From positions 57,143 to 121,142 of the forward strand of contig NIVC01000462.1 in the NCBI GenBank assembly GCA_002269645.1: a DNA stretch of 64,000 nucleotides, given 5' to 3'. The DNA comes from Macrostomum lignano. Its lineage: Eukaryota. Every line of letters begins with the position of its first letter. Position 1 is the first letter of the stretch. Of the stretch, positions 35,850 to 48,176 are shown piece by piece. Position numbers and translations under genes: made by a program. The notes beneath the pieces were generated by a model. That model searched no databases, was not told the origin of the DNA, and saw only the letters and a program-made list of their open reading frames with translations.

Positions 35850-36937
35850 ACCCTCACCCCAATCCCAAATTGTCGGAGTCCTTCCCCCACTGTACACTGG
35901 CTCTCAAGACCATCCGCACAAACCCCCACCCATTAAACTGGCGGAGCCCTTTCCCCACTGTACACTGGCTCTCCAGACCATCTGCCCAAACCCCCACCCA
36001 TTAAACTGGCGGAGCCCTTTCCCCACTGTACACTGGCTCTCCAGACCATCTGCCCAAACCCCCACCCATTAAACTGGCGGAGCCCTTTCCCCACTGTACA
36101 CTGGCTCTCAAGACCATCCGCACAAACCCCCACCCATTAAACTGGCGGAGCCCTTTCCCCACTGTACACTGGCTCTCCAGACCATCTGCCCAAACCCCCA
36201 CCCATTAAACTGGCGGAGCCCTTTCCCCACTGTACACTGGCTCTCCAGACCATCTGCCCAAACCCCCACCCATTAAACTGGCGGAGCCCTTCCCCCACTG
36301 TACACTGGCTCTCCAGACCATCTGCCCAAACCCCCACCAATTAAACTGGCGGAGCCCTTCCCCCACTGTACACTGGCTCTCCAGACCATCCGCCCAAACC
36401 CCCACCCATTACACTGGCGGAGCCCTTTCCCCACTGTACACTGGCTCTCCAGACCATCTGCCCAAACCCCCACCCATTAAACTGGCGGAGCCCTTTCCCC
36501 ACTGTACATTGGCTCTCCAGACCATCTGCCCAAACCCCCACCCATTAAACTGGCGGAGCCCTTCCCCCACTGTACACAGGCTCTCCAGACCATCTGCCCA
36601 AACCCCCACCCATTAAACTGGCGGAGCCCTTCCCCCACTGTACACTGGCTCTCCAGACCATCTGCCCAAACCCCCACCCATTAAACTGGCGGAGCCCTTC
36701 CCCCACTGTACACTGGCTCTCCAGACCATCCGCCCAAACCCCCACCAATTAAACTGGCGGAGCCCTTCCCCCCATTGTACACTGGCTCTCCAGACCATCT
36801 GCCCAAACCCCCACCCATTAAACTGGCGGAGCCCTTCCCCCACTGTACACTGGCTCTCCAGACCATCTGCCCAAACCCCCACCAATTAAACTGGCGGAAC
36901 CCTTCCCCCCATTGTACACTGGCTCTCCAGACCATCT
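35850..36937. repeat. 68-bp minisatellite, ~16 copies, between EFR3 and CSTF3
   Basis: Unit CCCCACCCATTAAACTGGCGGAGCCCTTTCCCCACTGTACACTGGCTCTCCAGACCATCTGCCCAAAC; repeat-derived ORFs recur every 68 bp. Confidence 0.96.
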
Positions 36938-37561
36938 GAACCCCCTGAAACGGGTGAACCCCACCGCCTATTTAATTTAAACAGACTCTGACTGAAGACC
37001 ATTTGTATCGATAAATATTATATTTATCTAACAGTTATCTCTAGTCTTGTGATTATATTTTATTTATTGCATTAATAATAAACTCGAAAAACAATCCATT
37101 TTTTAAACAAACTTAGTTTACAGCTTGCTCCGACTGCAATTACTAAAACGTTTTTGTTGTACTTTTCAGCTATGGAATTCGTTTCCCCTATTGTTTTATC
37201 GATGGCAAAGAACTGTTAAAGTTAATTTTTATAAATATCCAGTGAGTAGCAAAGAATTTTCAATTATTTATTAATTATTTATTTGTGTTGTCCAGCTCTC
37301 CTCAAGTTAAACAGTGGTCAATAAAATTAATTGTGTGCAATTTTGATTGTCGTCTCTTTCGCTTTTAATCTAGAGTTGTTGGTCTTAATCATTTTTAGTA
37401 AACTAAGTTTGTAAGTTAACTTTAATTTAAGTTGATACAGAAATATTTCAACAAGGTTATTTTTCTCTATTGTTCATCGTTGAACATTCTTGTTTCAGCT
37501 GTTCCAACAAAATTCTCAATCAAAAGTTTTTTAAAGAAACTTCGCTGCTCTTGTGTTAACA

Positions 37562-40500
37562 ATGGACAGATCGGTAAGTGACTAGTTAATTCCTGTGTAA
37601 ATCGTCCCTAATCGCATTCGTAATGGGCCCTTCAATCCCGTACAGAATTGCCCTTCAAACCCGTACAGAACCGCCCTTTAACCCCGTACAGAATCACCCT
37701 TCAAACCCGTACAGAATCACCCTTCAAACCCGTACAGAACCGCCCTTCAAACCCGTACAGAATCACCCTTCAATCCCGTACAGAACCGCCCTTCAATCCC
37801 GTACAGAATCACCCTTCAATCCCGTACAGAACCGCCCTTCAATCCTGTACAGAATCACCCTTCAATCCCGTACAGAATCACTCTTCAATCCCATACAGAA
37901 TCACCCTTCAATCCCGTACAAAATGGCTATTTAATCCCGTACAGAATCACTCTTCAATCCCGTACAGAACTGCTCTTCAATCCCGTACAGAATGGCCCTT
38001 CAATCCCGTACAGAACCGCTCTTCAATCCCGTACAGAATCGCCCTTCAATCCCGTACAGAACCATTCTCAATCCCGTACAGAATGGCCCTTCAGTCCCGT
38101 ACAGAACCGCTCTTCGATCCCGTAAAGAATCGCCCTTCAATCCCGTACAGAATCGCCCTTCAATCCCGTACAGAACCGCTCTTCAATCCCGTACAGAATC
38201 GCCCTTCAATCCCGTACAGAATCGCCCTTCAATCCCGTACAGAACCGTTCTCAATCCCGTACAGAATGGCCCTTCAGTCCCGTACAGAACCGCTCTTCGA
38301 TCCCGTAAAGAATCGCCCTTCAAACCCGTACAGAATCGCAACCGTTCTTCAATCCCGTACAGAATGGCCCTTCAGTCCCGTACAGAACCGCTCTTCGATC
38401 CCGTAAAGAATCGCCCTTCAAACCCGTACAGAATCGCAACCGTTCTTCAATCCCTTACAGAATGGCCCTTCAGTCCCGTACAGAATCGGCCTTCAATCCC
38501 GTACAGAACCGCTCTTCAATCCCGTACAGAACCGCTCTTCAATCTCGTACAGAATCGCCATTATCACTAAGGCGGCATCTCACAGATCCCCCAAAATCCC
38601 CCATATGCAGATTTTCCAGCAGGAGAAGCTGTCCAAATCCCGTGAACGAATCGTGATTAACCAGTGGGACATCGAGGCCTGGTCTGTGCTCATCCGGGAT
38701 GCTCAGGAGCGTAAGCTCGAAGATGGCGAGAAAATATTCGAAGAAGTTGTGGCCCAGTTTCCGTTGTCCGGTCACTATTGGAAACTCTACATCAACTATG
38801 AGGTTGTTAATTGTGCATTTAAGGGTAGATTGTGGGCAGACTTTGGGGTGGAGTGTGGGCAGGGAATTGGGGTGAGTGTGGGCAAACTTTGGGGTGGAGT
38901 GTGGGCAGGGAATTGGGGTGGAGTGTGGGCAGGGAATTGGGGTGAGTGTGGGCAAACTTTGGGGTGGAGTGTGGGCAGGGAATTGGGGTGAGTGTGGGCA
39001 GAAATTAGCGTAGTGTATGTTTGGCTAGAGATTAGGGTAGAGTGTGCATGGCTAGAGATTAGGGTAGAGTGTGCATGGCTAGAGATTAGGGTAGAGTGTG
39101 CATGGCTAGAGATTAGGGTAGAGTGTGCATGGCTAGAGATTAGGGTAGAGTGTGTATGGCTAGAGATTAGGGTAGAGTGTGCATGGCTAGAGATCAGGGT
39201 AGAGTGTGCATGGGTAGAGATTAACGGTAGAGTGAGCATGGCTAGAGATTAGGGTAGAGTGTGCATGGCTAGAGATTAGGGTAGAGTGTGCATGGCTAGA
39301 GATTAGGGTAGAGTGTGCATGGGTAGAGATTAACGGTAGAGTGAGCATGGCTAGAGATTAGGGTAGAGTGTGCATGGCTAGAGATTAGGGTAGAGTGAGC
39401 ATGGCTAGAGATTAGGGTAGAGTGTGCATGGCTAGAGATTAGGGTAGAGTGTGCATGGCTAGAGATCAGGGTAGAGTGTGCATGGGTAGAGATTAACGGT
39501 AGAGTGAGCATGGCTAGAGATCAGGGTAGAGTGTGCATGGGTAGAGATTAACGGTAGAGTGAGCATGGCTAGAGATTAGGGTAGAGTGTGCATGGCTAGA
39601 GATTAGGGTAGAGTGTGCATGGCTAGAGATTAGGGTAGAGTGTGCATGGGTAGAGATTAGGATAGAGTGTGCACGGGTAGAGATTAAGGCAGTGTCAGTA
39701 CACGATGTTGATATAACCCAACACACTTGCAGATCAAGCATCACAATTACGAGAAAGTCGAACAGGTGAGAGTTTCGATATAGCAATCACTTGTGTTCGA
39801 AAGCTTGTATCTCGCGTCTTTTACATTATTTAACTTTTTACTCCCCGCCTTCAGCTGTTTCAGCGTTGCCTCACCAAAGTGCTGCACATCGAGCTGTGGA
39901 AGCTGTACCTGCAGTACATTCGCGACACCAAATCCAAGCAGCCCGCGTTTAAAGAGAAAATGGGCAAAGCGTACGACTTTGCACTGGAGAAAATGGGCCT
40001 GGACTTCAGCTCCTATTCCATCTGGGTGGACTACATCCAGTTTTTGAAGAATGCGCCTGTTCAGGTCAGCATCGACTCAGATGTCTCCCCAAAGTCTCTT
40101 CAGAATCTCCTCAGAGTCTCGTCGGATGAACCACCAGTTTCCTCTGTTGTCTCCCTAGAATCGCCTGGGATATCTCCCTAGAATCGCCTGAGATATCTCC
40201 CTAGAATCGCCTGAGATATCTCCCTAGAATCGCCTGAGATATCTCCCTAGAATCGCCTGGGATATCTCCCTAGAATCGCCTGAGATATCTCCCTAGAATC
40301 GCCTGAGATATCTCCCTAGAATCGCCTGGGATATCTCCCTAGAATCGCCTGAGATATCTCCCTAGAATCGCCTGAGATATCTCCCTAGAATCGCCTGAGA
40401 TATCTCCCTAGAATCGCCTGGGATATCTCCCTAGAATCGCCTGAGATATCTCCCTAGAATCGCCTGAGATATCTCCCTAGAATCGCCTGAGATATCTCTA

Positions 40501-43500
40501 CAGAATCGCCTGAGATATCTCTACAGAATCGCCTGGGATATCTCCCTAGAATCACCTGAGATATCTCCCTAGAATCACCTGAGATATCTCCCTAGAATCA
40601 CCTGAGATATCTCCCTAGAATCGCCTGAGATATCTCTACAGAATCGCCTGGGATATCTCCCTAGAATCACCTGAGATATCTCCCTAGAATCGCCTGAGAT
40701 ATCTCCCTAGAATCGCCTGAGATATCTCCCTAGAATCGCCTGAGATATCTCTACAGAATCGCCTGAGATATCTCTACAGAATCGCCTGGGATATCTCCCT
40801 AGAATCACCTGAGATATCTCCCTAGAATCACCTGAGATATCTCCCTAGAATCACCTGAGATATCTCCCTAGAATCACCTGAGATATCTCCCTAGAATCGC
40901 CTGAGATATCTCTACAGAATCGCCTGAGATATCTCTACAGAATCGCCTGGGATATCTCCCTAGAATCACCTGAGATATCTCCCTAGAATCGCCTGAGATA
41001 TCTCCCTAGAACCGCCTGGGATATCTCCCTAGAATCGCCTGAGATATCTCCTTAGAATCGCCTGAGATATCTCCCCAGAATCGCCTGAGATATCTCCCTA
41101 GAATCGCCTGAGATATCTCCCCAGAATTCTTCCCCCTCTCATCCAACCCCAGGGCTCCTACGCGGAGAGCCAGAAAATCACCGCGGTCCGCAAGATCTAC
41201 CAGAAGGCCATCGTCACTCCGATGGTGAACATCGACCAGGTGTGGCGCGACTACAGCAGCTTCGAGACCGGCCTGAACGCCGCTCTGGCCAAGAAGTTCA
41301 TCGAGGACCGTCAGCGGGACTACATGAACGCTAAGCGAGTCGCTAAGGAGCTCGAGATTGTTACCAAGGGCATCAACCGGAACTGGCCTTCGACTCCGCC
41401 TACGAATAATCCTGACGAGGCCAGACAGGTGGAGCTGTGGAAAAAGTACATCGCCTGGGAGAAGGACAACCCGCTGCGCACTGACGACTTGTCGCTGATC
41501 TCCAAGAGAGGTACACAGCATTTGAAATATCCCTCAATCCTGATCCCAAATATCCCTCAATCCTGATCCCAAATATCCCTCAATCCTGATCCCAAATATC
41601 CCTCAATCCTGATCACAAATGTCTCCCATCTCTGATCCCAAATATCCCTCAATCCAGATCCCAAATATCCCTCAATCCAGATCCCAAATATCCCTCAATC
41701 AAGATCCCAACTATCCCTCAATTCAGATCCTAAATATCCCCCAATTCAGATCCCAAATATTCCTCAATCCAGATCCTAAATATCCCTCAATTCAGATCCC
41801 AAATATCCCTCAATCTAGATCCCAAATATCCCTCAATTCAGATCCTAAATATCCCTCAATTCAGATCCCAAATATCCCTCAATTTAGATCCCAAATATCC
41901 CTCAATTCAGATCCCAAATATTCCTCAATCCAGATCCTAAATATCCCTCAATTCAGATCCCAAATATCCCTCAATCCAGATCCCAAATATCCCTCAATTT
42001 AGATCCCAAATATCCCTCAATTCAGATCCTAAATATCCCTCAATTTAGATCCCAAATATCCCTCAATTCAGATCCCAAATATCCCTCAACTCAGATCCCA
42101 AATATCCCTCAATTCAGATCCTAAATATCCCTCAATTTAGATCCCAAATATCCCTCAATTCAGATCCCAAATATCCCTCAACTCAGATCCCAAATATCCC
42201 TCAATTCAGATCCCAAATATCCTTCAATCCAGATCCCAAAAACTTCTCATCTCAGATCCGGAAGAATCCCATTTTTCCCCTTCCCAGTAATGTTCGCGTA
42301 CGAGCAGTGCCTGCTGTGCCTGGGCCACCACCCGGACATCTGGTACGAAGCCGCCTCGTTCTTGGAGCAGGCCAGTCGCACTCTGATAGAGAAAGGGGTA
42401 AGAGAGTTTGTTCAGTGGTTTTCGTGAGTCACTTTTAGTGCTCATGTCTCATATTTAAAGTTTCTTATTGACACTGCCCTGTCCCACCCACCAGGAACCG
42501 ATGGCTGCTAAGCAGTTCGCTGATGAGGCGGCCTCGATGTACGACAGAGCCACTCAGGTGCTCAAGGAGAACACCTTGCTGTACTTTGCCTATGCGGACT
42601 ATGAGGAGGTAAACTTTTCTGGCTAAGGGTTACTGAGATTCCATTAGGTATGAATAAAGTGAATGAGATTAACCCAGAACTCAGTGAGATTAACGGAGAA
42701 TCTGGTGAGATTATCTGCGAATTAGGTGAGATTATATGAGAGTTGTGTAGGATTATCTGAGAATTGGTTAAGGTTATCTAGGAATCGGGTGAGTTTATCT
42801 TAGAATTGGTACGAGGTGAACTGGGAATCACCTCGTTCTGATTATCTTAGAACTGGGAAAGATTATCTGAGAATTGGGTAAGGTTATCTGAGAATTGTGT
42901 GAGATTATCTTAGAACTGGGAAAGATTATCTGAGAATTGGGTAAGGTTATCTGAGAATTGTGTGAGATTATCTGAGAATTGTGTGAGATTATCTGAGAAT
43001 TGTGTGAGATTATCTGAGAATTGTGTGAGATTATCTGAGAATTGTGTGAGATTATCTTAGAATTAGGAAAGATTATCTTAGAATTGTGTGATATTATCTG
43101 AGAATTGTGTGAGATTATCTTAGAATTAGGAAAGATTATCTTAGAATTGGGAAATATTATCTGAGAATTGGGTGGGATTATTTGAGAGTTGGGTGCCATT
43201 ATCTGAGAATTGTGTGAGATTATCTGAGAATTGAATGATATTATCTGAGAATTGTGTGAGATTATCTGAGAATTGAATGATATTATCTGAGAATTAGTGG
43301 AGATTAGCTGATGATTGAATGATTGAATGAGATTATCTTAGAATCTGGGTGAGACTGACAGAACTATAGGCAATACTGTTTGAGAACTCGGTGAGATGAA
43401 ACCTCATCCACCCTCGCCGTCGCCAGGGCCGCGGCAACTTCGAGAAGGTGCACTCGATCTACCGCAAGCTGGTGAACGTAGACAGCATCGACCCGACGCT

Positions 43501-46456
43501 GCCGTACATTCAGTACATGAAGTTCGCCCGCCGCAAGGAGGGCATCAAGTCGGCCCGCAGCGTGTTCAAGCTGGCCCGCGCGGACCCGCACTGCACCTAC
43601 CATATATTCGCCGCAGCCGCTCTCATGGAGTACTTCTGCAGCAAGGACCCGGCACTGGGCCAGAGAATTTTCGACCTGGGCATGAAGAGATTCGGCCAGG
43701 TGCCGGAGTACGTGCTCTGCTACACAGAGTACATGTCCCATCTGAATGAGGACAACAACACCCGGGTGCTGTTTGAGCGGGCGCTCACCTCCGGCTCTGT
43801 GCCAACGGAGAAGAGCCGGGTGATCTGGGCCAAGTTCTTGGAGTTTGAGACCAGCGTGGGCGACCTGGCCAGCGTGCTGAAGGTCGAGCGGCGTCGCCTG
43901 CAGGCTTTCCAGGGAGTTGAAGTGTTCCGTGGCAAGGAGACCGCGCTGCTCATTGACCGGTGAGTCTGTACCTGTAACCTGTGTCCGAGTATGTAACCTG
44001 TGTCCGAGTCTGTAACCTGTGTCTGAGTCTGTAACCTGTGTCCGGGTCTGTAACCTGTCTGAGTCTGTAACCTGTGTCCGAGTCTGTAACCTGTGTGTGT
44101 ACCTGTGTCCGAGTCTAACCTGTGTCCGAATCTGTAACCTTTGTCCGAGTCTGTAACCTGTGTCCGAGTCTGTAACCCGGCTGTGTCCGAGTCTGTAACC
44201 TGTGTCCGAGTCTAACCTGTGTCCGAATCTGTAACCTTTGTCCGAGTCTGTAACCTGTGTCCGAGTCTGTAACCTGTGTCCGAGTCTGTAACCTGTGTCT
44301 GAGTCTGTAACCTGTGTCCGAGTCTAACCTGTGTCCGAATCTGTAATCTTTGTCCGAGTCTGTAACCTGTGTCCGAGTCTGTAACCCGGCTGTGTCCGAG
44401 TCTGTAACCTGTGTCTGAGTCTGTAACCTGTGTCCGAGTCTGTAACCTGTGTCTGAGTCTGTAACCTGTGTCCGAGTCTGTAACCTGTGTCCGAGTCTGT
44501 AACCTGTGTCCGAGTCTGTAACCTGTGTCCGAGTCTGTAACCCGGCTGTGTCCGAGTCTGTAACCTGTGTCTGAGTCTGTAACCTGTGTCCGAGTCTGTA
44601 ACCTGTGTCCGAGTCTGTAACCTGTGTCCGAGTCTGTAACCTGTGTCCGAGTCTGTAACCTGTGTCCGAGTCTTTAACCTGTGTCTGAGTCTGTAACCTG
44701 TGTCTGAGTCTGTAACCTGTGTCCGAGTCTGTAACCTGTGTCTGAGTCTGTAACCTGTGTCCGAGTCTGTAACCTGTGTCCGAGTCTGTAACCTGTGTCC
44801 GAGTCTGTAACCTGTGTCCGAGTCTGTAACCCGGCTGTGTCCGAGTCTGTAACCCGGCTGTGTCCGAGTCTGTAACCTGTGTCTGAGTCTGTAACCTGTG
44901 TCCGAGTCTGTAACCTGTGTCCGAGTCTGTAACCTGTGTCCAAGTCTGTAACCTGTGTCCGAGTCTGTAACCCGGCTGTGTCCCAGTCTGTAACCTGTGT
45001 CTGAGTCTGTAACCTGTGTCTGAGTCTGTAACCTGTGTCTGAGTCTGTAACCTGTGTCCGAGTCTGTAACCTGTGTCCGAGTCTGTAACCTGTGTCCAAG
45101 TCTGTAACCTGTGTCCGAGTCTGTAACCCGGCTGTGTCCCAGTCTGTAACCTGTGTCTGAGTCTGTAACCTGTGTCTGAGTCTGTAACCTGTGTCCGAGT
45201 CTGTAACCTGTGTCCGAGTCTGTAACCTGTGTCCGAGTCTGTAACCTGTGTCCGAGTCTTTAACCTGTGTCCGAGTCTGTAACCTGTGTCCGAGTCTGTA
45301 ACCTGTGTCTGAGTCTGTAACCTGTGTCCGAGTCTGTAACCTGTGTCCGAGTCTGTAACCTGTGTCCGAGTCTGTAACCTGTGTCCGAGTCTGTAACCTG
45401 TGTCTGAGTCTGTAACCTGTGTCCGAGTCTGTAACCTGTGTCTGAGTCTGTAACCTGTGTCTGAGTCTGTAACCTGTATCCGAGTCTATAACCTGTGTCT
45501 GAGTTTGTAACCTGTGTCTAAGTCTGTAACCTGTGTCCGAGTCTGTAACCTGTGTCCGAGTCTGTAACCTGTGTCCGAGGTTGTAACCTGTGTCTAAACC
45601 TGTAACCCGGCTGTGCCCGAGCCTGTAACCCAACTGTGTCCTAGCCTATAACCGGCTGCGTCTTTGTGGAATATTTATTTTTATTTTCGTCTCAGGCTCC
45701 ATGATCTAATCGTACTTCATCACCAGCCGCCCCGCTCCCCCCCCCCCCAGCTACAAGTTCATGGAGCTGTTCCCCTGCTCAGAGCAGGAGCTGCGGTCCC
45801 TGGGCTACACGGACCTGGCCAAGCTGTCCCTGGCCGGCCTATCCAACCCGGCCCTCAGCGGCCTGGCCACGGCCGCTGGCATCGACGGCTCCTTCTGGCT
45901 GCAGCAGTCGCGCGACGTCCAGGCCAAGCGGCCGGGCGGTGGTGCAGCCGCGGCCGCCTACGCCAAGCCCGACTTCAGCCAGATGCTGCCGTTCCGGCCG
46001 AGGGCGCACCCGCGGACCGACTCGCACCCGGTGCCTGGCGGCGAGTTCCCGCTGCCGCCGGCCGCCTCCCACCTGGTGCGCATCCTGCCGCCGCCTACCT
46101 GCTTCCGCGGCCCGTTTGTCAACGTGGACCAGCTGATGGAGCAGATGGCCCAGCTGCCGGTGCCGGAGGACTACGTCAGGCGGCAGTACTCGGCCGAGGA
46201 CCGCCAGATCGACCAGGGCACCGCCTTCAGCATCGAGGTGGCCACCAGCGGCCTGCCCAGCGGTCTGAAACGGCGCAACCTGTTCCCGCCTGATGCTCAC
46301 CTGTCCTTCATGCTGCCGCCGCCGCCGCCCACCGCCGACCCGGCCGATCCGACCGTCATGCCGGCCGACGCCGAGGCCACCGGCGGCGGGAGCAGCGCTG
46401 GCGGAGCCCCTGCGGAGACCTACAGGCACCGGCTGCAGAAGCGAATCAAAACCTGA
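37562..46456 (+). CDS. CSTF3: Cleavage stimulation factor 77-kDa subunit (CstF-77 / suppressor of forked), ~755 aa, 9 coding exons
   Basis: Exons 37562-37573, 38611-38802, 39733-39765, 39855-40064, 41153-41510, 42288-42397, 42495-42608, 43427-43959, 45751-46456 (sum 2268 nt, phases consistent). HAT-repeat motifs: [108 protein letters not shown]. The 4-codon first exon is the least certain part. Confidence 0.95.
37625..38555. repeat. 22-23-bp minisatellite in CSTF3 intron 1
   Basis: Unit CCCTTCAATCCCGTACAGAATCG and variants, ~40 copies. Confidence 0.94.
38835..39690. repeat. Two adjacent G/GT-rich minisatellites (24-bp, then 27-bp) in CSTF3 intron 2
   Basis: GGGGTGGAGTGTGGGCAGGGAATT (~38835-39000), then GCTAGAGATTAGGGTAGAGTGTGCATG (~39020-39690). 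Confidence 0.93.
40152..41125. repeat. 23-bp minisatellite in CSTF3 intron 4, ~42 copies
   Basis: Unit CCTGAGATATCTCCCTAGAATCG containing the palindrome GAGATATCTC. Confidence 0.96.
41525..42240. repeat. 23-bp minisatellite in CSTF3 intron 5, ~31 copies
   Basis: Unit AAATATCCCTCAATTCAGATCCC. Confidence 0.95.
42700..43345. repeat. 21-bp minisatellite in CSTF3 intron 7
   Basis: Unit GAGATTATCTGAGAATTGTGT, degenerate at both ends. Confidence 0.9.
43962..45655. repeat. 19-bp minisatellite in CSTF3 intron 8, ~88 copies
   Basis: Unit GAGTCTGTAACCTGTGTCC; begins directly within the donor site GTGAGTCTGTACC. Confidence 0.97.
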
Positions 46457-46534
46457 TGCTGCGGCCTGACTGGGCTGCTTTCTGTTGTCATCTGTTCTTG
46501 TTAGTGCTGCGGCAGTCCGGCTCCGATCGATTGG

Positions 46535-46890
46535 AGAGCTTGTATTCTGAGGCATGAGATTTGGATAGCTTGTTCTCTGAGGCATGAGATTTGGATAGCT
46601 TGTACTCTGAGGGCATGATTTGGATAGTTTGTTCTCTGAGGGCAAGATTTGGATAGCTTGTACTCTGAGGCATGAGATTTGGATAGCTTACTCTGAGGGC
46701 AAGATTTGGATAGCTTGTACTCTGAGGGCATGATTTGGATAGCTTGTACTCTGAGGGCAAGATTTGGATAGTTTGTACTCTGAGGCCATGAGATTTGGAT
46801 AGTTTGTACTCTGAGGCCATGAGATTTGGATAGCTTACTCTGAGGGCAAGATTTGGATAGCTTGTATTCTGAGGCTATGAGATTTGGAGA
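46535..46890. repeat. ~30-bp minisatellite just downstream of the CSTF3 stop (putative 3' UTR)
   Basis: Unit GAGATTTGGATAGCTTGTACTCTGAGGCAT. Confidence 0.92.
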
Positions 46891-47501
46891 TCTTAGACTG
46901 TTGGTGTAGGAGATTTTGAAATCTTTCCTTGTGGGATCATGAGATGTAAAGAATATCCTACTCTAATTGGACGAGAAGGAGAATGTGACATTCGAGCCAT
47001 CACTGACTGTCGGAGATCGCTGTTACTGCAGTACATGCAATTATTTTACATTGTCAACTTGGAATTCAAATGCATTGCCACATTTTAATGGTATCCCAGT
47101 GTCTGCTCTGGCATGCCGGTGTCGTGTAATTATTTATTAGTTTCATAATTGTTAAATTATGCGCTTTGCAGCTCCCAGCAGGTGTGTGTGTTTAAGCCAC
47201 CCTACCTGACTTGACAGTTTCTTATTTGATGCATTCTGTACTAGCTAATTAACAGTGTGCTGTATTTATGCGAATTAAATAATAACCCCTAACTGTTAAA
47301 TATTGGCATTCATTTTTAATCATTTTGAAAAATATCTTGCTCATAGTTGGGTCTGTTTTCACTGAAAGTTAGTGAAAGACAACACAAGTGGTTGCCATAG
47401 CGACTATTCATGTAGTTGGCAGGCTGCGACCAGAAGAACAGAGGATCTCAGCAATGACATGCGAGTGTAATTTTATGACACCACAAATGTTTAAGTGTTT
47501 A

Positions 47502-47907
47502 AGACTCAGATATGAGATTCTACTGATCATTAGAGCGTGCCAGTCGGTGTCTTCCCGCAAAGAATCGTGTCTTTAGCTTTATCCGCTTTCCAGATATTCG
47601 AAGACGGCGATTCCGAAAAATTGCAATGCATTCAAAACAGGGAAATCCGGGAAAATCAATCAGGAATTGCCTAAATGTAAAGGTAGACTCAGATATGAGA
47701 TTCTACAGGTCATTAGGGCGTGCCAGTCGGTGTCTTCCCGCTAAAAATCGTGTCTCTAGCTTTATCCGCTTTCCATATATTCGAAGGCGGCGATTCCGAA
47801 AAATTGCAATGCAATCAAAAATCAAATTAATCTAGAGACACGATTCTTTCTGTAGGTGATACCGACTGGCACACTAATGATGTGTAGAATCTCATATTTG
47901 AGTCTAC
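47502..47907. mobile_element. Direct + inverted repeat element (MITE/foldback-like)
   Basis: ~129-bp block at 47502-47630 repeated at 47685-47813 (period 183); 47831-47907 is the reverse complement of ~47683-47760. Confidence 0.7.
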
Positions 47908-48176
47908 TGATACAGCTTGGCAATGTATACAAGCCTTTTGACTGTCAACTGTCACCCCACCGTGTCATTCTCTCTCTGTTGCGGTTTGGTGGGGAAGGGC
48001 GGTTCTCCCCCAATCGCCCAGCTTCAACCAATAGGAACAAAATACTATAGAATTCCAGAACGATTCCATGGAAAAATTGTGTCTTTCCGTGAACCCAACT
48101 GTAATAATAATATTACATGTAGTTTAATCTCCAGGTGATCTGCAGAAAAATGAGCAATTTAAGCATTTCGCCTCAC

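Noticed and set aside
36980-37015. CTGACTGAAGACC..GATA resembling a Penelope-type minimal hammerhead
   Set aside because: Core spacing is wrong, GAAA is absent and stem II does not pair.
35933-45633. Numerous repetitive ORFs (66-319 aa) on both strands across the 68-, 22-, 27-, 23-, 21- and 19-bp arrays
   Set aside because: Periodic translations of non-coding minisatellites, mostly inside CSTF3 introns.
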